In this document: one piece after another, positions 1 through 11,545 of the stretch | Layout of the letters: the number at the start of each line of letters is the position of its first letter | How positions within the stretch are numbered: the stretch's first letter is position 1 | Origin: Lobosporangium transversale | Taxonomy: Eukaryota | Direction: 5' to 3' | DNA: 64,000 bases | Assembly (NCBI RefSeq): GCF_002105155.1 | Contig: NW_019029002.1 | Span: 248,001 to 312,000 of the forward strand | Made by a program: the position numbers and the translations under genes | Notes under the pieces: model-generated | Seen by the model: the letters and a program-made list of their open reading frames with translations, nothing else | Told to the model about the DNA's origin: nothing | The model's database searches: none

Positions 1-748
1 CTCACGGAACCTGATGGTCATGTATGCCTCCCCCACGTGTGAACAAATCTTCCATATTGACTCGGAGCAAATTGTTGGCAAGCCCGTTCTGCTGTTCGTT
101 CGGGCAGACGATCTGGCCTCGTTTGTGGAACAGCTGGATATGATCAAGGCCTCTTCCTCGATCCTGCACATGAAGTTTTGGTTCCAATCCCCTAACTGGG
201 CTCGAGAGATCCCTTGTGAGGCCATGATCTTTGGTGCCTCGGACGGGATCGTGGCCATCATGCGACGGTGTAGACCCTTTGTGAGGAAACATTTCCTCAC
301 CAACAGAGCTCACTATGATGTCTACAACAGCAGAAACTCCTCCTGGTCATCAACCGTAAGCACAGCACAGTCCTATACCTCCACCCCTTCCTCCTCCGTC
401 TCCTCCAGTCCGATCACGATGTCCAAACTCCGGGAGATCCGGATTGTGGAACAACATGAAGATGGGAAGGTCAAGCCCCTGACTATTCCTAAGGACGATC
501 CCAGTCTAATGTCAGAGATCTCTAGTTTTCCTCATGGAGTCAAGGAGATCCAAGTCCGAGATTATGTAGAGGAGGAGGATGATGATGATGAGGATGGCGA
601 TGAGGATGAATATGAAGAGGATGATAGTTATTATGATGACATTAGCAAGGATGATGATATGGCTGTGGATGGTAGGGCTCGAGATGTTCGATATAACGAT
701 GGCAGAGTAGATAGTGCTATGAGAACTTTGAGACTTCGTGAGCAATAG
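1..748 (+). CDS. PAS-domain protein, paralogue A (5'-truncated by window edge; last exon only)
   Basis: Open frame from the window edge to TAG 746-748. MVMYASPTCEQIFHIDSEQIVGKPVLLFVRADDL...FWFQSPNW..IPCEAMIFGASDG aligns closely with the last exon of the gene at 1789-3874. Acidic D/E tail. Confidence 0.85.
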   Translation, partial: SRNLMVMYASPTCEQIFHIDSEQIVGKPVLLFVRADDLASFVEQLDMIKASSSILHMKFWFQSPNWAREIPCEAMIFGASDGIVAIMRRCRPFVRKHFLTNRAHYDVYNSRNSSWSSTVSTAQSYTSTPSSSVSSSPITMSKLREIRIVEQHEDGKVKPLTIPKDDPSLMSEISSFPHGVKEIQVRDYVEEEDDDDEDGDEDEYEEDDSYYDDISKDDDMAVDGRARDVRYNDGRVDSAMRTLRLREQ

Positions 749-899
749 TATATAATTAAAAGGAAAGGAATAAAATAAACCCCCCTTTTTTTAAAAAAAA
801 AAAATAAGAATAATAGAGATAACTCGTGTAAAAGGATCGAAGGAATGGATGGTCATAAAATCGGACTCTGGCAGAGTTGCACGAGGCACCTTGTAAAAC

Positions 900-1048
900 A
901 AGAGCAAGAATAAGAGTAAGGGCAAGAGCAAGAGCAAGAACAAGGGCAAGAGCAAGAGCAGAGCAGAGCAGAGCAGTGCAGTGCAGGACCCTTTTTTTTT
1001 TTTGCGGTTTGATTTAATTTGATTTGATCAAGTTCTTGAGGACGTCCT

Positions 1049-1080
<32 letters not shown>
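900..1080. repeat. Degenerate (AAGAGC)n/(AGAGC)n repeat followed by a (CT)n microsatellite
   Basis: agagcaagaataagagtaagggcaagagcaagagc... at 900-985; (ct)n at ~1052-1080. Confidence 0.85.
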
Positions 1081-1084
<4 letters not shown>

Positions 1085-1788
1085 GAAGATGAAATTTTCT
1101 TCTATAATTGATTGATCGGTTGAATAATTGAACATGAATAAGCATGGCATAGCCTGCATTGGCTGCATGTGTTGATGTTCATTTAAATGGCTTTAGATGC
1201 GTATTTGCACAGACTTGTTGATGTGATCCCTTTTCTTTTAGGGACAAACGGTCTCTGGGCCCTTCCTCTCATTGGCCTTTTCTCTTCACTGTTTACTCTC
1301 TGCAGAAACAACAACAAAAAAAAAAATCATTGGGGAGGAAGAATTGAAGGAGGGAAAGAAGGAAGGAAAAAGGTTCCTTTTCCTTTTTGCACAAGTTTGG
1401 TTCAAATAAACATTCTCTTCATTGCTTCTTCTCTTCTCTTTTTCCTTTCTTCTTTCTTTCCCACATTCATTGCAAATCAACTCACTCTTCTTCTTTTTCT
1501 CTCATTCTCATTCTCAGTCTCATTCTCATTCACATTCTTATTCACATTCTCATTCAACTTTTGCTGTTGTTGTTGTCTCCCTTTTCCTTTCCTTTCCTTT
1601 CCTTTTCCTTTTCCTTTTCCTTTCCTTTTCCTATTTACTTGGACTGTTCAATTTTGAACCTTGGATAAACTTTTTCTCTCAATCTTCTTCCTTTCCCTTC
1701 TTCTTCCCTTCTCTTCTTCTTCCTCCTCCTTGTCTCGACAATAGTTTGTCATATATAAAGATTAATTGAAGACTTTTTCTTTTCTCAA

Positions 1789-2598
1789 ATGTTTCAATCT
1801 CTCAATTACATTTCATTCCACGACCTAAGTCCAGAAGGCCGTTTCATATGGGCCTCTCCCAGCGTAGTCGATGTACTGGGCTATCAACCCGAGGAGCTCG
1901 TCGGTGTACCAGTCTATGCCATCATTCCAGAAGAGGACATTCCCCTGACAAAGACCGTCCATCTAGAAAATGTCCTAAATGACCTTGCCGCCAGCCAGAT
2001 CGTTCTCCGTTTCAAAACCAAAGACGGTCGTCTAGTCACCTGCACCTCTGTCTTTGGTCTTTGTTATGATTTCATCTTTAACTGTGCAACCGTTATTGAT
2101 CCAAATGCTGGAAGTTGTAAGTACATTTGTATTCATTTATATACCTCTCTTTCTCTCTTTCTCTCTTTCTCTCTTATTAGTGTGTGAAATACATGTATAT
2201 ATCTGTGCTAGACTTGTGCATTTTTAGTTGAGAGCGTAATGTGGAGGAGGAAAGGAAAAAAAAAAAAAATCAAATCAAGGAGCTACTTATTTTTAAGCTT
2301 TTTTCTCATTTACCCAATTTTCTTATGCCCATTTATTTGAAAAAAAAAAAAAAAAAAAAAAAACAGACTACAAAAAAGTTTATTAGCACTGGCCACTTTT
2401 TTCTATCCATTGAAGCGAATGAATCTACTAAAAAAAAAAAAAAAACCAACAAACTATATTAGCTAATGATCATTGATTATTTATTTCTTTTTTTATTTTC
2501 TATTATTATTTTCTAGACATTCAAATGCGCGCACATTCTTCTGCTATGACCCGTATCGTAGGTTCCAGGAAAGAGGTAAATGACCACAACTATTAAAT

Positions 2599-2633
<35 letters not shown>

Positions 2634-3874
2634 TACATTTTTACATTACACAAAAAAATTTGTACATGTACAAGTACATGTAATACAGTATGTGGGAGAG
2701 ATCCAGGCCATGCAAGATCGGGGCTCTCTTTTTCCTTACTCTTTGGCTTTTTATATTTTTGTATTCATAGGAATTCACAAGGATGAGGAAGCATCATGAA
2801 GCATTTGCTGCTAGTACATGGAATGATAAAGGACTGTTACCAGAACCGCGTGTCTGCATGATTTTGAATCGGTTCACCAGGAATCTCATCATCATGTATG
2901 CATCCCCAGCAACAGAGCAAATCTTCCAGTTAGATCCAGACGACATCATCGGCAAACCAATATTACTCTTCGTCCGAGCTGATGACCTGGGCTCGTTTGT
3001 AGAACAAATCGACATCAGCAAGGCCTCCACTACAATCGTTCATACCAGATTCTGGTTTCAATCTCCCAATTGTTCACAAGCCATTCCTTGTGAAGCAATG
3101 TTCTTTGGCGCTGCAGATGGACTAATAGCAGTCATGCGACGCTGTAAACCTTTTGTTCGAAGGCGCTATATAGCCGAGTCTGCTTACTTTTCAACCGCTC
3201 ATGACTATCAGTACTATCAGTATTGCTGTAGCAACAGCAACAGCAACAGCAACAACAGTCGTTGTTCTTCTTGGTCATCTGCAGGAATCGATACCAATGC
3301 GGTCACAGCTCCACAATCCTATTTACACACACCCATATCTTTATCCCCTTCACCATCATCACTCCATCGCTTATCAGCAAGTCCTGTCCGAAATGTACCC
3401 ATGTCAAGATTACGAGGGATTAGGATTCTGGAAATCGGTGATGAACGGATACGACCTTTATGCATTCCCTCCAACGATCCAAGTCTTGTTCCTGAACCAT
3501 CTGCATTACTTCATGGTATCAAGGAGTATCATTCACAGGAAGATTATATCGAAGAAGATGAAGATGAAGAGGAAGAGGAAGAGGAGGAAGAGGAGGAGGA
3601 CGATGGTGAAGATTTTGATCATGATGGTGATGATGAGTTTGAGTATGAGTATGAGAATGAGCATGAACATGGGCATGGGAATAAATATGCGGACCAATTG
3701 GATCACCATGACGATGAGATGGATTACATTGATCGTGGTATTGGCGCCATAGACTTGGATCACAGGACATGGATACAGAGCGAACCAAGTCAAAATCGTT
3801 CTCATCCTTCTCCTCCTCATTACTCTCAACATCATAACACCTATCATACTCCTCGTCCTCATCCCCATCCCTAA
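1789..3874 (+). CDS. Tandem PAS-PAS protein, paralogue B; join(1789..2116,2517..2575,2771..3874)
   Basis: Exon 1 is a PAS_3-like fold (SFHDLSPEGRFIWASPSVVDVLGYQPEELVG). Donors are gtaagt (2117) and gtaaat (2576); acceptors are tag (2516, 2770). Splicing keeps frame (..GSYIQMRAHSSAMTRIVGSRKEEFTRMRK..). The second PAS is in exon 3, followed by an acidic and His/Pro-rich tail. No output domain is visible. Confidence 0.85.
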
Positions 3875-4233
3875 TTCCCATCCCCATAGGTTTAAACACA
3901 TTGTTGGTTTAGTAGACTAGTGTCTTTTTTAATAGATTGTATATTATGTGTAAAAATATTTTGAATGCATTCTTGCATCAGATACGACAAGGAGAATACA
4001 CGTTCCTCTCAATGGATATAATAAAAAATCTCGTTTGGCAGAATAGAACAAGAGATGAACAGTAAACAAAAACAAAAAAAAAAAAGTTCTTTTTAGTGCG
4101 GAACAGCGAATCTTGTGTTGTCGTTACGTTGCTGTCGTTACGTTGTTGTCGTTTTCGTTGTCATCGTTTTTTTTTTTTTTTTTTTTTCCTGCTTTTCCCC
4201 TTTTTCATTCTCCCCGTCGACGTACATTGTATC

Positions 4234-4264
<31 letters not shown>

Positions 4265-4962
4265 CTCCCAATTCTAATAGGTGCTTGAGCAAAAAAAAAA
4301 AAAAAAAAAAAAGATATATGCACACGAAGCTACCTTTTTTTTTTTTTGCGGTTGGGTAATGGAGCCCCCCCCCCTCCATCTCCCCTTGTTGATGTTCTAG
4401 TCGGAACTAGGGAGTGGGTGGAGCCACATGCACATGCAACAAACTTGTTCAAGCGTAAAAACTAAATCAGCAAACCCAAACGAAAAATATATATACATGA
4501 ACAGTACCCAGCTTTGGAGAGTCTAGAACCCAAAATGTGTCAATGCGCGTCATAACATCCCCTTCCTCCTCCCCCTCCTCCTCCTCCTCGTTAGTTTATC
4601 CAAACATTCCGGAAGAATTAAAAGCACAAAAGGGACAAAAGGGACAAAAGAAACAGAAAGGGACAGAAAGAAGAATGAACGAGCTAAAAAGCTTTTTTTT
4701 ATTTTTTTATTTTTTATTATTTATTTTTTTTATTTTTCTTTTTATTTTTCTTTTCTTTTCTTTTTATAGTGGATCCACAGCATTGGTGTTACTATTATTA
4801 TTCTATATTATATCTCTAATGTTTCGACTACAACTAATTCAAAAAAAAAAAAAAAAAAAAAAACCATCTATACCACTATCACCATTACCACCACCACCAC
4901 TACTACTACTACTACTACCATCATTCTCATCAACATCATCATGCTCTCTATAGATCCAATAT

Positions 4963-7900
4963 TCAACGAGATCGACGGCTATTTTGCAAGAAAGTTGCCC
5001 ATTCCTCTGCCAGTTTCGGTCCTCCCTGAGCTAAAACTTGGTCCTTCAAACTCTTGCCTTCTGGGAATAACCGGTAATGAAAGTTTAAGATCCGAATTGT
5101 ATTTACATTAGGTTGTAGCTTAAGTGATGGTGAAGCAGAAGCTTTTGTAGTTGTTGTTGTTGGTGTGGTTGTGGTTGCTGTGGTTGATGGTGATGGTAGT
5201 GATGGTGATGAAGGAGAAGAGGAAGAAGATAATGATGATGATGATGATGATGATGATGATAATGATGATGGTGGTGGTGCCTCAAAAGAACTAGCATTAT
5301 AAGATGCTGGTTCATCAGGTAATACGAACAGCTCGAGACATCGTTTAACTTCGTCAAAAGCTTGATGCGAAATTAAACTCTGGAGGTACGTATTCAGTCC
5401 CTCAATCCGAATCGGGATCTTGTGTTCTATAACCCAATCCAGACTACTCTGCAACTTTTCAAGCTGCTCTGTCGCGATAGATAAACTCGACTGGTAAGTG
5501 CGATCTGGCAACTCTGACTTTGTCCCTAACTTTGGCTTTGCCGCTGACTTGGATCCGGATCCAGATTTGGCTGTCATCGCATTCGTCGCCGTTGTCTTGG
5601 TCTTGTCATCTCGCTCCATCAGCACTTTCAGAAACTCTTGTCGCTGCAAAAGAATCTGTACCAAGTCTCGACTCCTCTTGTTAAGACAAACATTGTGTGA
5701 GGAGAGCTTTGAACGTTCTAAAACACCTTTTGCAGCAGACGCACCAAGTCCTAATCCTAACCCTAATCCTAATCCTGCACCGATCCTTGCTCCCCCAAGA
5801 CTCTTTCGAATCTGATCAAATCCCCATCCTCCTAATGTCCCATTGGATGTTCTTGACGACAATGACATGGTATTACCATCAGCAGCAGCAGCAGCAGCAT
5901 CCATATCGGTCGTATCCTTTGGTTTAACGGGCTCAACCACAGCAAATCGTTTGCGCATAGCCCTTGCGACCTGCTCAAATGCCAATGCCAATGCTGATTT
6001 CTCCTTGACACTCAGCACTTCAAGGGGGCTATGTTCTTGTTCTTGTTGCCCTCGTTGCCCTCGTTGTCCTCGTTGTCCTCGCTTCCCTTTCTGAAACTTA
6101 AAGAGGTCACTCTTACGGCCTGCAACCTCCAGGGTCATCGCCATCCACTCATTCCAGACATCGTTGCGCAGTGCCAAACTATCGGTCAGAGCCTTGGCAT
6201 GCATCACACCGACATTAGCCAATTGAATAGGCCCCTGACTCATGATCTGATTCCTCCGCATAGGATGTATGAGCTTTGGGTTTCGATAGCGCCCAGGTTT
6301 GCCCGTCAAAGAATAGAGCAGCTCATATACACGCTCTGCTGCCTCTGGGTAACGTTCTAGTTTCCAAATCAGCTCCACAACCTCACGCTCACTTGGGTAG
6401 GCAGTACCCTGTCGGATCATCATCTCGTACAGAGTTCTCTCTGCCAAGGACACTTTGTTGCGGTCTAGCAAATGACGAAACAGTTGGTGGTACAGTCGTG
6501 TGGGTACAACCTCCTTATTGGCAACAATGGAGGCTACAAGTTCTGGATCAAGGTCTCGGCTGCGAACGATCTCCGATTCACTCACACTCATTTGACGGGA
6601 TTGGCCTATTGCAAGTCGCATCTCATTCAATGTCTTGAGTGCTGATCTATGATCATCTTGACTGAGATAGTACTCGAAAAATAAGATCCAGGTTTTGAGG
6701 GCTGGAGTATATAAATGAGGGCTCCCCCTCATGAGATTCAATGCATTTTTGGCCTCTTTCAAGTTATGTTGCGATAAAAGCCCCTCGATAAGAAGATCAA
6801 ACATCAAAGCAGTGGGTACAAGTCGTTGGCTTTTCATGAACTGAATCAACTGTAGTGCCTTGTACATCCACTCTTGACGGTAACTGCTTTGTCGTGGATC
6901 AAGAGGCTTATCCTTCTTAATGGATTTGGGTGCTTCAATAACCTCCTGAATACAGGTTTTCATAAACGGATCCATCATCCTGGGTGTCACTTCAAAGCCC
7001 TGTCGTCTATACTCTGCCAGCCAGCGGTGCGCCCGCGCAAAGTCAAGCTCGCCTAATGATGCGTCAATGAGAATCCGAAAGGTTTGTTGATCCGCGACTA
7101 AACCAAGGCCGAGCATCTTTTGCAAAAATTCCTCTGCCTTCGCAGCCCCCTCATGTAATCCATTCGCTTTTAAAAGAGTATTGTATAGCGTTGTCGTAGG
7201 CTCCAGTCCATACTTTTGCATATCCGATAAAATAGATTCCATCAGCGGCTTTTGTTTCCTCATGGTTGCCAAAGCCTTCAAAAGCGAGACATAGTAGTCG
7301 ATTGGGATCCTGTGAGGATATCGGCCATAAAGGTGATTGAGAAACGTTTGAACTTTTCTAGGTCGCTGTTGATGGATAAGAAGTTTCGAAATGAGATCGA
7401 TCGTAGCAGTATTAGGTGCTGTTGCATCTGAAACAAAATCGAAATCGGGGGACTTGTAGCGCTTGACTAAAATGGATGCAATCTTATATCCAGTAGTCCA
7501 TTGTTTGCGTTCTATACATGTTCTCAACATGGTATTGTAATCCATAGTAGACAAGCGCCAGCTCGAATCCCAAGAACGATTGATAAAAGAAGACTCCAGT
7601 GATGGTTCCTTGGAGAATGATGAAGACTTCAATAACGAGGATTGTGTTGATGAAAGTAAAGCTTCTTGACTATTCACATAGAGCGCTTGATCTGCTCTAG
7701 TGAGCATATAAAGATGAGCGCTAATTGGTAATCTGGCTCCCCATTGACGATCCCGGAAAACGATTTTTGCTATCCGCATTGCTCTTTCGACTTTTCCTTT
7801 CTGGAGGGCTGCTTTTAAGCTTTTTAGCCTATAGCTGTTCCATCTAATAAAGGGTCTTCTCCACGAATATTTGGAGTTCTGGACCTTGCGATAAATGCGT

Positions 7901-9159
7901 TGTAGATTCACGTTTTTGGCCCGTTGATATGCTTCTCGCCCAATGCCTGAATTGAATCGAGTGAGTCGAAGGAAATGTTCGAAACCAAGCAATCGTATCC
8001 TAGCAGGATATCGTTTGATGTGATGATAATGGACGTGAAGGTACCGTGGAAACTTTGAAATGCTTCCGCCTTCACCATCACCACTTCCGTTTATCTCAGC
8101 CCTAACGCCTGCTCCTTGTTCAGCGGATGAGCGGATCCACTTCCTTAGTCGTGCACGCCTCCGCAGTATACTAATTCGCTTATTTCGACTAATAGTGCCC
8201 GATCTACTTGCAGTCCCATTCATCCCCATAAGAAGCTGTGGTGAATGCCTAGGTATTGATGCTTGTTTCAATCGTATTTCTCGTAGCTGTCGAAACCGGT
8301 GCATGGCTTCGAGTCGCCGCCGCCGCTGTCCCAGACGTTTTATTTGACTAGAATTGAAGATTGTAGAGATCTGAGATTTATGTACGAAAGAGGGTGCAGA
8401 CGTAGATATAAAACACGTTGAAGATCTAGATGCTACTGATTTTGATGCTGATGCTGATGCTGATGCTGATGCTGATGCTGATGCTGATGCTGATACTGAG
8501 GATGATACTGATGATGATAATGATGATGATGAAAAATATACTGCTAATGATGCGGGTGCTGAAGAAAATGATGACCGAGTCAGTTTGCGTCCTATAGATT
8601 TGTCACGGGTTGTGGTGAACTGCCGGATTTCTTCTGCAGTCATGGACGATGATGGCGACATATTGACATTTTGGTGGCGGCAACGTAAATGGATTAATGA
8701 TGACGATTTCAAACTCCTGTAATGATTAGGGAATGACGCTTGACTGTGAAAACTAGATGTCTGTTGTCGATCGGAAGCATGATAGTAGTGGCAGCGATGA
8801 TGGTGATGGTGGTGCTGATGATGATTATGGTGATTACGATGATAATGACATATCCGTGATCCTGCCGAGCAATGAGGAGTTGATCCGTGTCGTACCTGAA
8901 GGCGATGATCCGATTGGATTGTATGAACATGAAATAGACGCTGATTCCGCGTTCCGGTCCGACAGCTCTGATCTGAGTACGATGAATAGCCCATAGGGCA
9001 TCTGGCTCTTCCTAGTACCTGTCTGGATCTATTGCAGTGTGTTTGAATGCTGGTACCTGACCCGATCGACCCTGACAAGCAATGAAAAAAGAGATTTGTG
9101 GAAAAATTGTATTTCTTAACCCATGGACAAGACGCGTGAAATAGCCTCCTGAAATCCAT
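4963..9159 (-). CDS. Large pentatricopeptide-repeat (PPR) protein, probably mitochondrial
   Basis: 1398-aa uninterrupted ORF with PPR-like 35-aa units (PTTTLYNTLLKANG, ADQQTFRILIDASL, PTALMFDLLIEGLL, PTRLYHQLFRHLL). The N-terminus is Arg/Ser-rich and acid-poor. The true start codon is uncertain. Confidence 0.8.
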   Translation of the reverse strand: MDFRRLFHASCPWVKKYNFSTNLFFHCLSGSIGSGTSIQTHCNRSRQVLGRARCPMGYSSYSDQSCRTGTRNQRLFHVHTIQSDHRLQVRHGSTPHCSAGSRICHYHRNHHNHHQHHHHHHRCHYYHASDRQQTSSFHSQASFPNHYRSLKSSSLIHLRCRHQNVNMSPSSSMTAEEIRQFTTTRDKSIGRKLTRSSFSSAPASLAVYFSSSSLSSSVSSSVSASASASASASASASASKSVASRSSTCFISTSAPSFVHKSQISTIFNSSQIKRLGQRRRRLEAMHRFRQLREIRLKQASIPRHSPQLLMGMNGTASRSGTISRNKRISILRRRARLRKWIRSSAEQGAGVRAEINGSGDGEGGSISKFPRYLHVHYHHIKRYPARIRLLGFEHFLRLTRFNSGIGREAYQRAKNVNLQRIYRKVQNSKYSWRRPFIRWNSYRLKSLKAALQKGKVERAMRIAKIVFRDRQWGARLPISAHLYMLTRADQALYVNSQEALLSSTQSSLLKSSSFSKEPSLESSFINRSWDSSWRLSTMDYNTMLRTCIERKQWTTGYKIASILVKRYKSPDFDFVSDATAPNTATIDLISKLLIHQQRPRKVQTFLNHLYGRYPHRIPIDYYVSLLKALATMRKQKPLMESILSDMQKYGLEPTTTLYNTLLKANGLHEGAAKAEEFLQKMLGLGLVADQQTFRILIDASLGELDFARAHRWLAEYRRQGFEVTPRMMDPFMKTCIQEVIEAPKSIKKDKPLDPRQSSYRQEWMYKALQLIQFMKSQRLVPTALMFDLLIEGLLSQHNLKEAKNALNLMRGSPHLYTPALKTWILFFEYYLSQDDHRSALKTLNEMRLAIGQSRQMSVSESEIVRSRDLDPELVASIVANKEVVPTRLYHQLFRHLLDRNKVSLAERTLYEMMIRQGTAYPSEREVVELIWKLERYPEAAERVYELLYSLTGKPGRYRNPKLIHPMRRNQIMSQGPIQLANVGVMHAKALTDSLALRNDVWNEWMAMTLEVAGRKSDLFKFQKGKRGQRGQRGQRGQQEQEHSPLEVLSVKEKSALALAFEQVARAMRKRFAVVEPVKPKDTTDMDAAAAAADGNTMSLSSRTSNGTLGGWGFDQIRKSLGGARIGAGLGLGLGLGLGASAAKGVLERSKLSSHNVCLNKRSRDLVQILLQRQEFLKVLMERDDKTKTTATNAMTAKSGSGSKSAAKPKLGTKSELPDRTYQSSLSIATEQLEKLQSSLDWVIEHKIPIRIEGLNTYLQSLISHQAFDEVKRCLELFVLPDEPASYNASSFEAPPPSSLSSSSSSSSSLSSSSSPSSPSLPSPSTTATTTTPTTTTTKASASPSLKLQPNVNTIRILNFHYRLFPEGKSLKDQVLAQGGPKLAEEWATFLQNSRRSR

Positions 9160-9306
9160 GGTGTATTATAAAAAGGCCTTTTGCTTCCCCTCTTTCCGTT
9201 AGATAGTCCAGACGAATCGACTCGATGTTAAGACTATGCAACAATGAAGGCATTCCAAAAAGGTTAGATCCCTTTTTTTTTTCTTTCATGACAACCGCAT
9301 GTCTTT

Positions 9307-9337
<31 letters not shown>

Positions 9338-9667
9338 GGTCATAGGTATGAATATGTGTGTGTTACCTCGGTGTAAAGGTGTAAGAAGTCTATGAATGTA
9401 ATGAATAACAGCAAGACGCGCTGGGATTTGACTAGGTTGTTCGCGTGAATTAGGAGAGGGTAGGCAAAGTTCGGAGAAAATGTGTACGTCTTTTTAGAAG
9501 CGAAATGGAGAGATCCCACAAGGGTCCAAAAAAGTAAAAAAATGCAAAGCAAATTAAACACAAGCCACATCCGCAATACTAAAATGGAAAGATTCGCATA
9601 GATCAGGTCTTATATTTATTTTCGGTTACAATTTAGTCTAGAGAAAAGAAAAGAAAAAACGAAAGAG

Positions 9668-9702
<35 letters not shown>

Positions 9703-10049
9703 ATAACAATAATAAAGCCATCGATCCCCCTCCTTAAACTTCTACACTTTTGCAGTAGGACTGATGATGCACAAAGCACGCGCACGACGCACAGCCCTAG
9801 AAACTCGGCGTTGATTTTTGGCCGAGAGTCCTGTTTGTTCCCTTGACATGAGACGTCCGAATGGCGTGATGTAGTGTGACAACAGCGAAGCATTCTAAGT
9901 AAAAATATTTTCCCCCCATGTTAGTAATGTCGTTATTATTTTTATGATATTATTGTTTTTATAAAAAAAATATAAAAAGTCGTTTGATCAAGCTTTTCCA
10001 TTTCTTTTTCCAATTGAAAAATGGAGTAGATAAATGAGCATTAGCATAA

Positions 10050-10379
10050 AATTCTTTACCTTATACTCTGCAACAGGATTGAGATTCAAAATCTTGAGTT
10101 CATCCACAGGTTTGGCAGGAGGCTCATAAACCGTAGCTTTGGTATCATTCAGGTCCGAGGGTTTATATGTCTATGGTCATTAAGATAAATCCGACAATCC
10201 AGAAGAAGGAGAATCTTAAGTCATCATTTTCCTGGAAGAGAATATACTTGAAGCGAAAAAAGTGTTGTTGATTCCTATGACTTATTATCATGATTCGCCC
10301 ATGTCCTTACATCTCCTTTGCGGAAAGATCCACGAGACATCCTGAACGACTCAGCGCCTGCGGCCGGTGTTGCGTCTAC

Positions 10380-10412
<33 letters not shown>

Positions 10413-10992
10413 CAATTCAATAGAAACAAAAGAGGGTAAGGATCAGTTGCCAATGTTATCCGAAATAGGAACTCCCATCATCACTCCAATGGTAATTCAT
10501 TATTGTATTATCTAGTTGGCTCCCTTACGTGTATTAATAGAAGTCGTGATGATATTCATCAAAACATCGGCATCTATTGTGGTTAAAAAAAAAAAAAAAA
10601 AAAAAGCTCTAAAGTTAGTTTACAGAATCTGCAAACAACACACTGATCAGAACTCAGTCACTAATTCATAAATGAAAGTTGGAATGATCTTGTCTAAAGG
10701 ATTTTTTCTCTCCTCAGCCATTATAGTTGTTGCTATCGTCTTCCCAATGACAGTGTTGAGTAATCGATAAATGAATCCTGCTCGAAAGTCCTTAGCATAT
10801 TATTATTAAAAAAAAAAAAAAAAAGTGAGCTTAATGGTTCTTACGTGGGCGAGATTCCTCATCCTCCAAACTATCCGATTTGAATCGGCGTGTGACAAGA
10901 TTATGTGCGGGGAAATTAGTACTGGCAAGAGTAGGGACTAGAGTTTTGATAACCGACTTTGTAGCCGCGGTCCTATATACTGAAGGCAGCAT
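10050..10992 (-). CDS. Small multi-exon hypothetical gene or pseudogene with a mitochondrial presequence-like N-terminus
   Basis: ATG at 10992 gives MLPSVYRTAATKSVIKTLVPTLASTNFPAHNLVTRRFKSD, followed by a gtaaga donor at 10844. Further short exon-like segments are bounded by ag/gt (FIYRLLNTVIGK..; TYKPSDLNDTKATVYEPPAKP..). One junction could not be put in frame. Confidence 0.35.
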
Positions 10993-11545
10993 TATGTATT
11001 TATGAATGAATGTCTTTAAAAAAAAAATGCACACACAGGGAGAACCTTCCTTCCTTCTCTGTCGGGCGCATTTGTTCAAGCAGATGTGGCTTAAACAACC
11101 CTATCCTACAATGTATCAACACAAATATGCGGTCACGTTAAGCGCTGCGCCGCTGCCACTCCTTTTATTTTTTTTTTTTGATATTCAGGAATGGAATGTC
11201 CAATTAGGCCAAATAACGTCCACAATAAGGTCTCTGATTTTACCTAGGGTTGGAATAGGGAGCTAAAAATCCTTTAAGAAGAAACAGTGCTGATTTCAAT
11301 GGTAGTAATAAAATAAATAAACATTCTTTTATCTTTTTTTTTTTTTTCCCGTAACTTCTTCGAGTCCCGAATACATTTTAATAGAGGAGAGGGTAGCACA
11401 AGTTATAACCTATGGCTAAAGTGAAAAAAGTAAATAATGGAGCGAATGGAGAAGGCTTTTTGCATAAAAAGGAGCGCCGACGATATAGCCACAAAGGTAT
11501 ATTTATATATGACAAACATCCAGTTTCCGATTTCCTCTCTCTCAC

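Noticed and set aside
1187..1769. Several 90-156 aa Phe/Ser/Leu-rich ORFs
   Set aside because: They are translations of pyrimidine-rich (CTCATT)n/(CCTTTT)n sequence upstream of the PAS gene.
4096..4953. Poly-Phe/poly-Lys ORFs
   Set aside because: Homopolymer and trinucleotide-repeat artefacts.
5103..8996. Short ORFs overlapping the PPR gene (His-rich, NP and RCP repeats)
   Set aside because: Alternative-frame or antisense shadows of low-complexity coding sequence.
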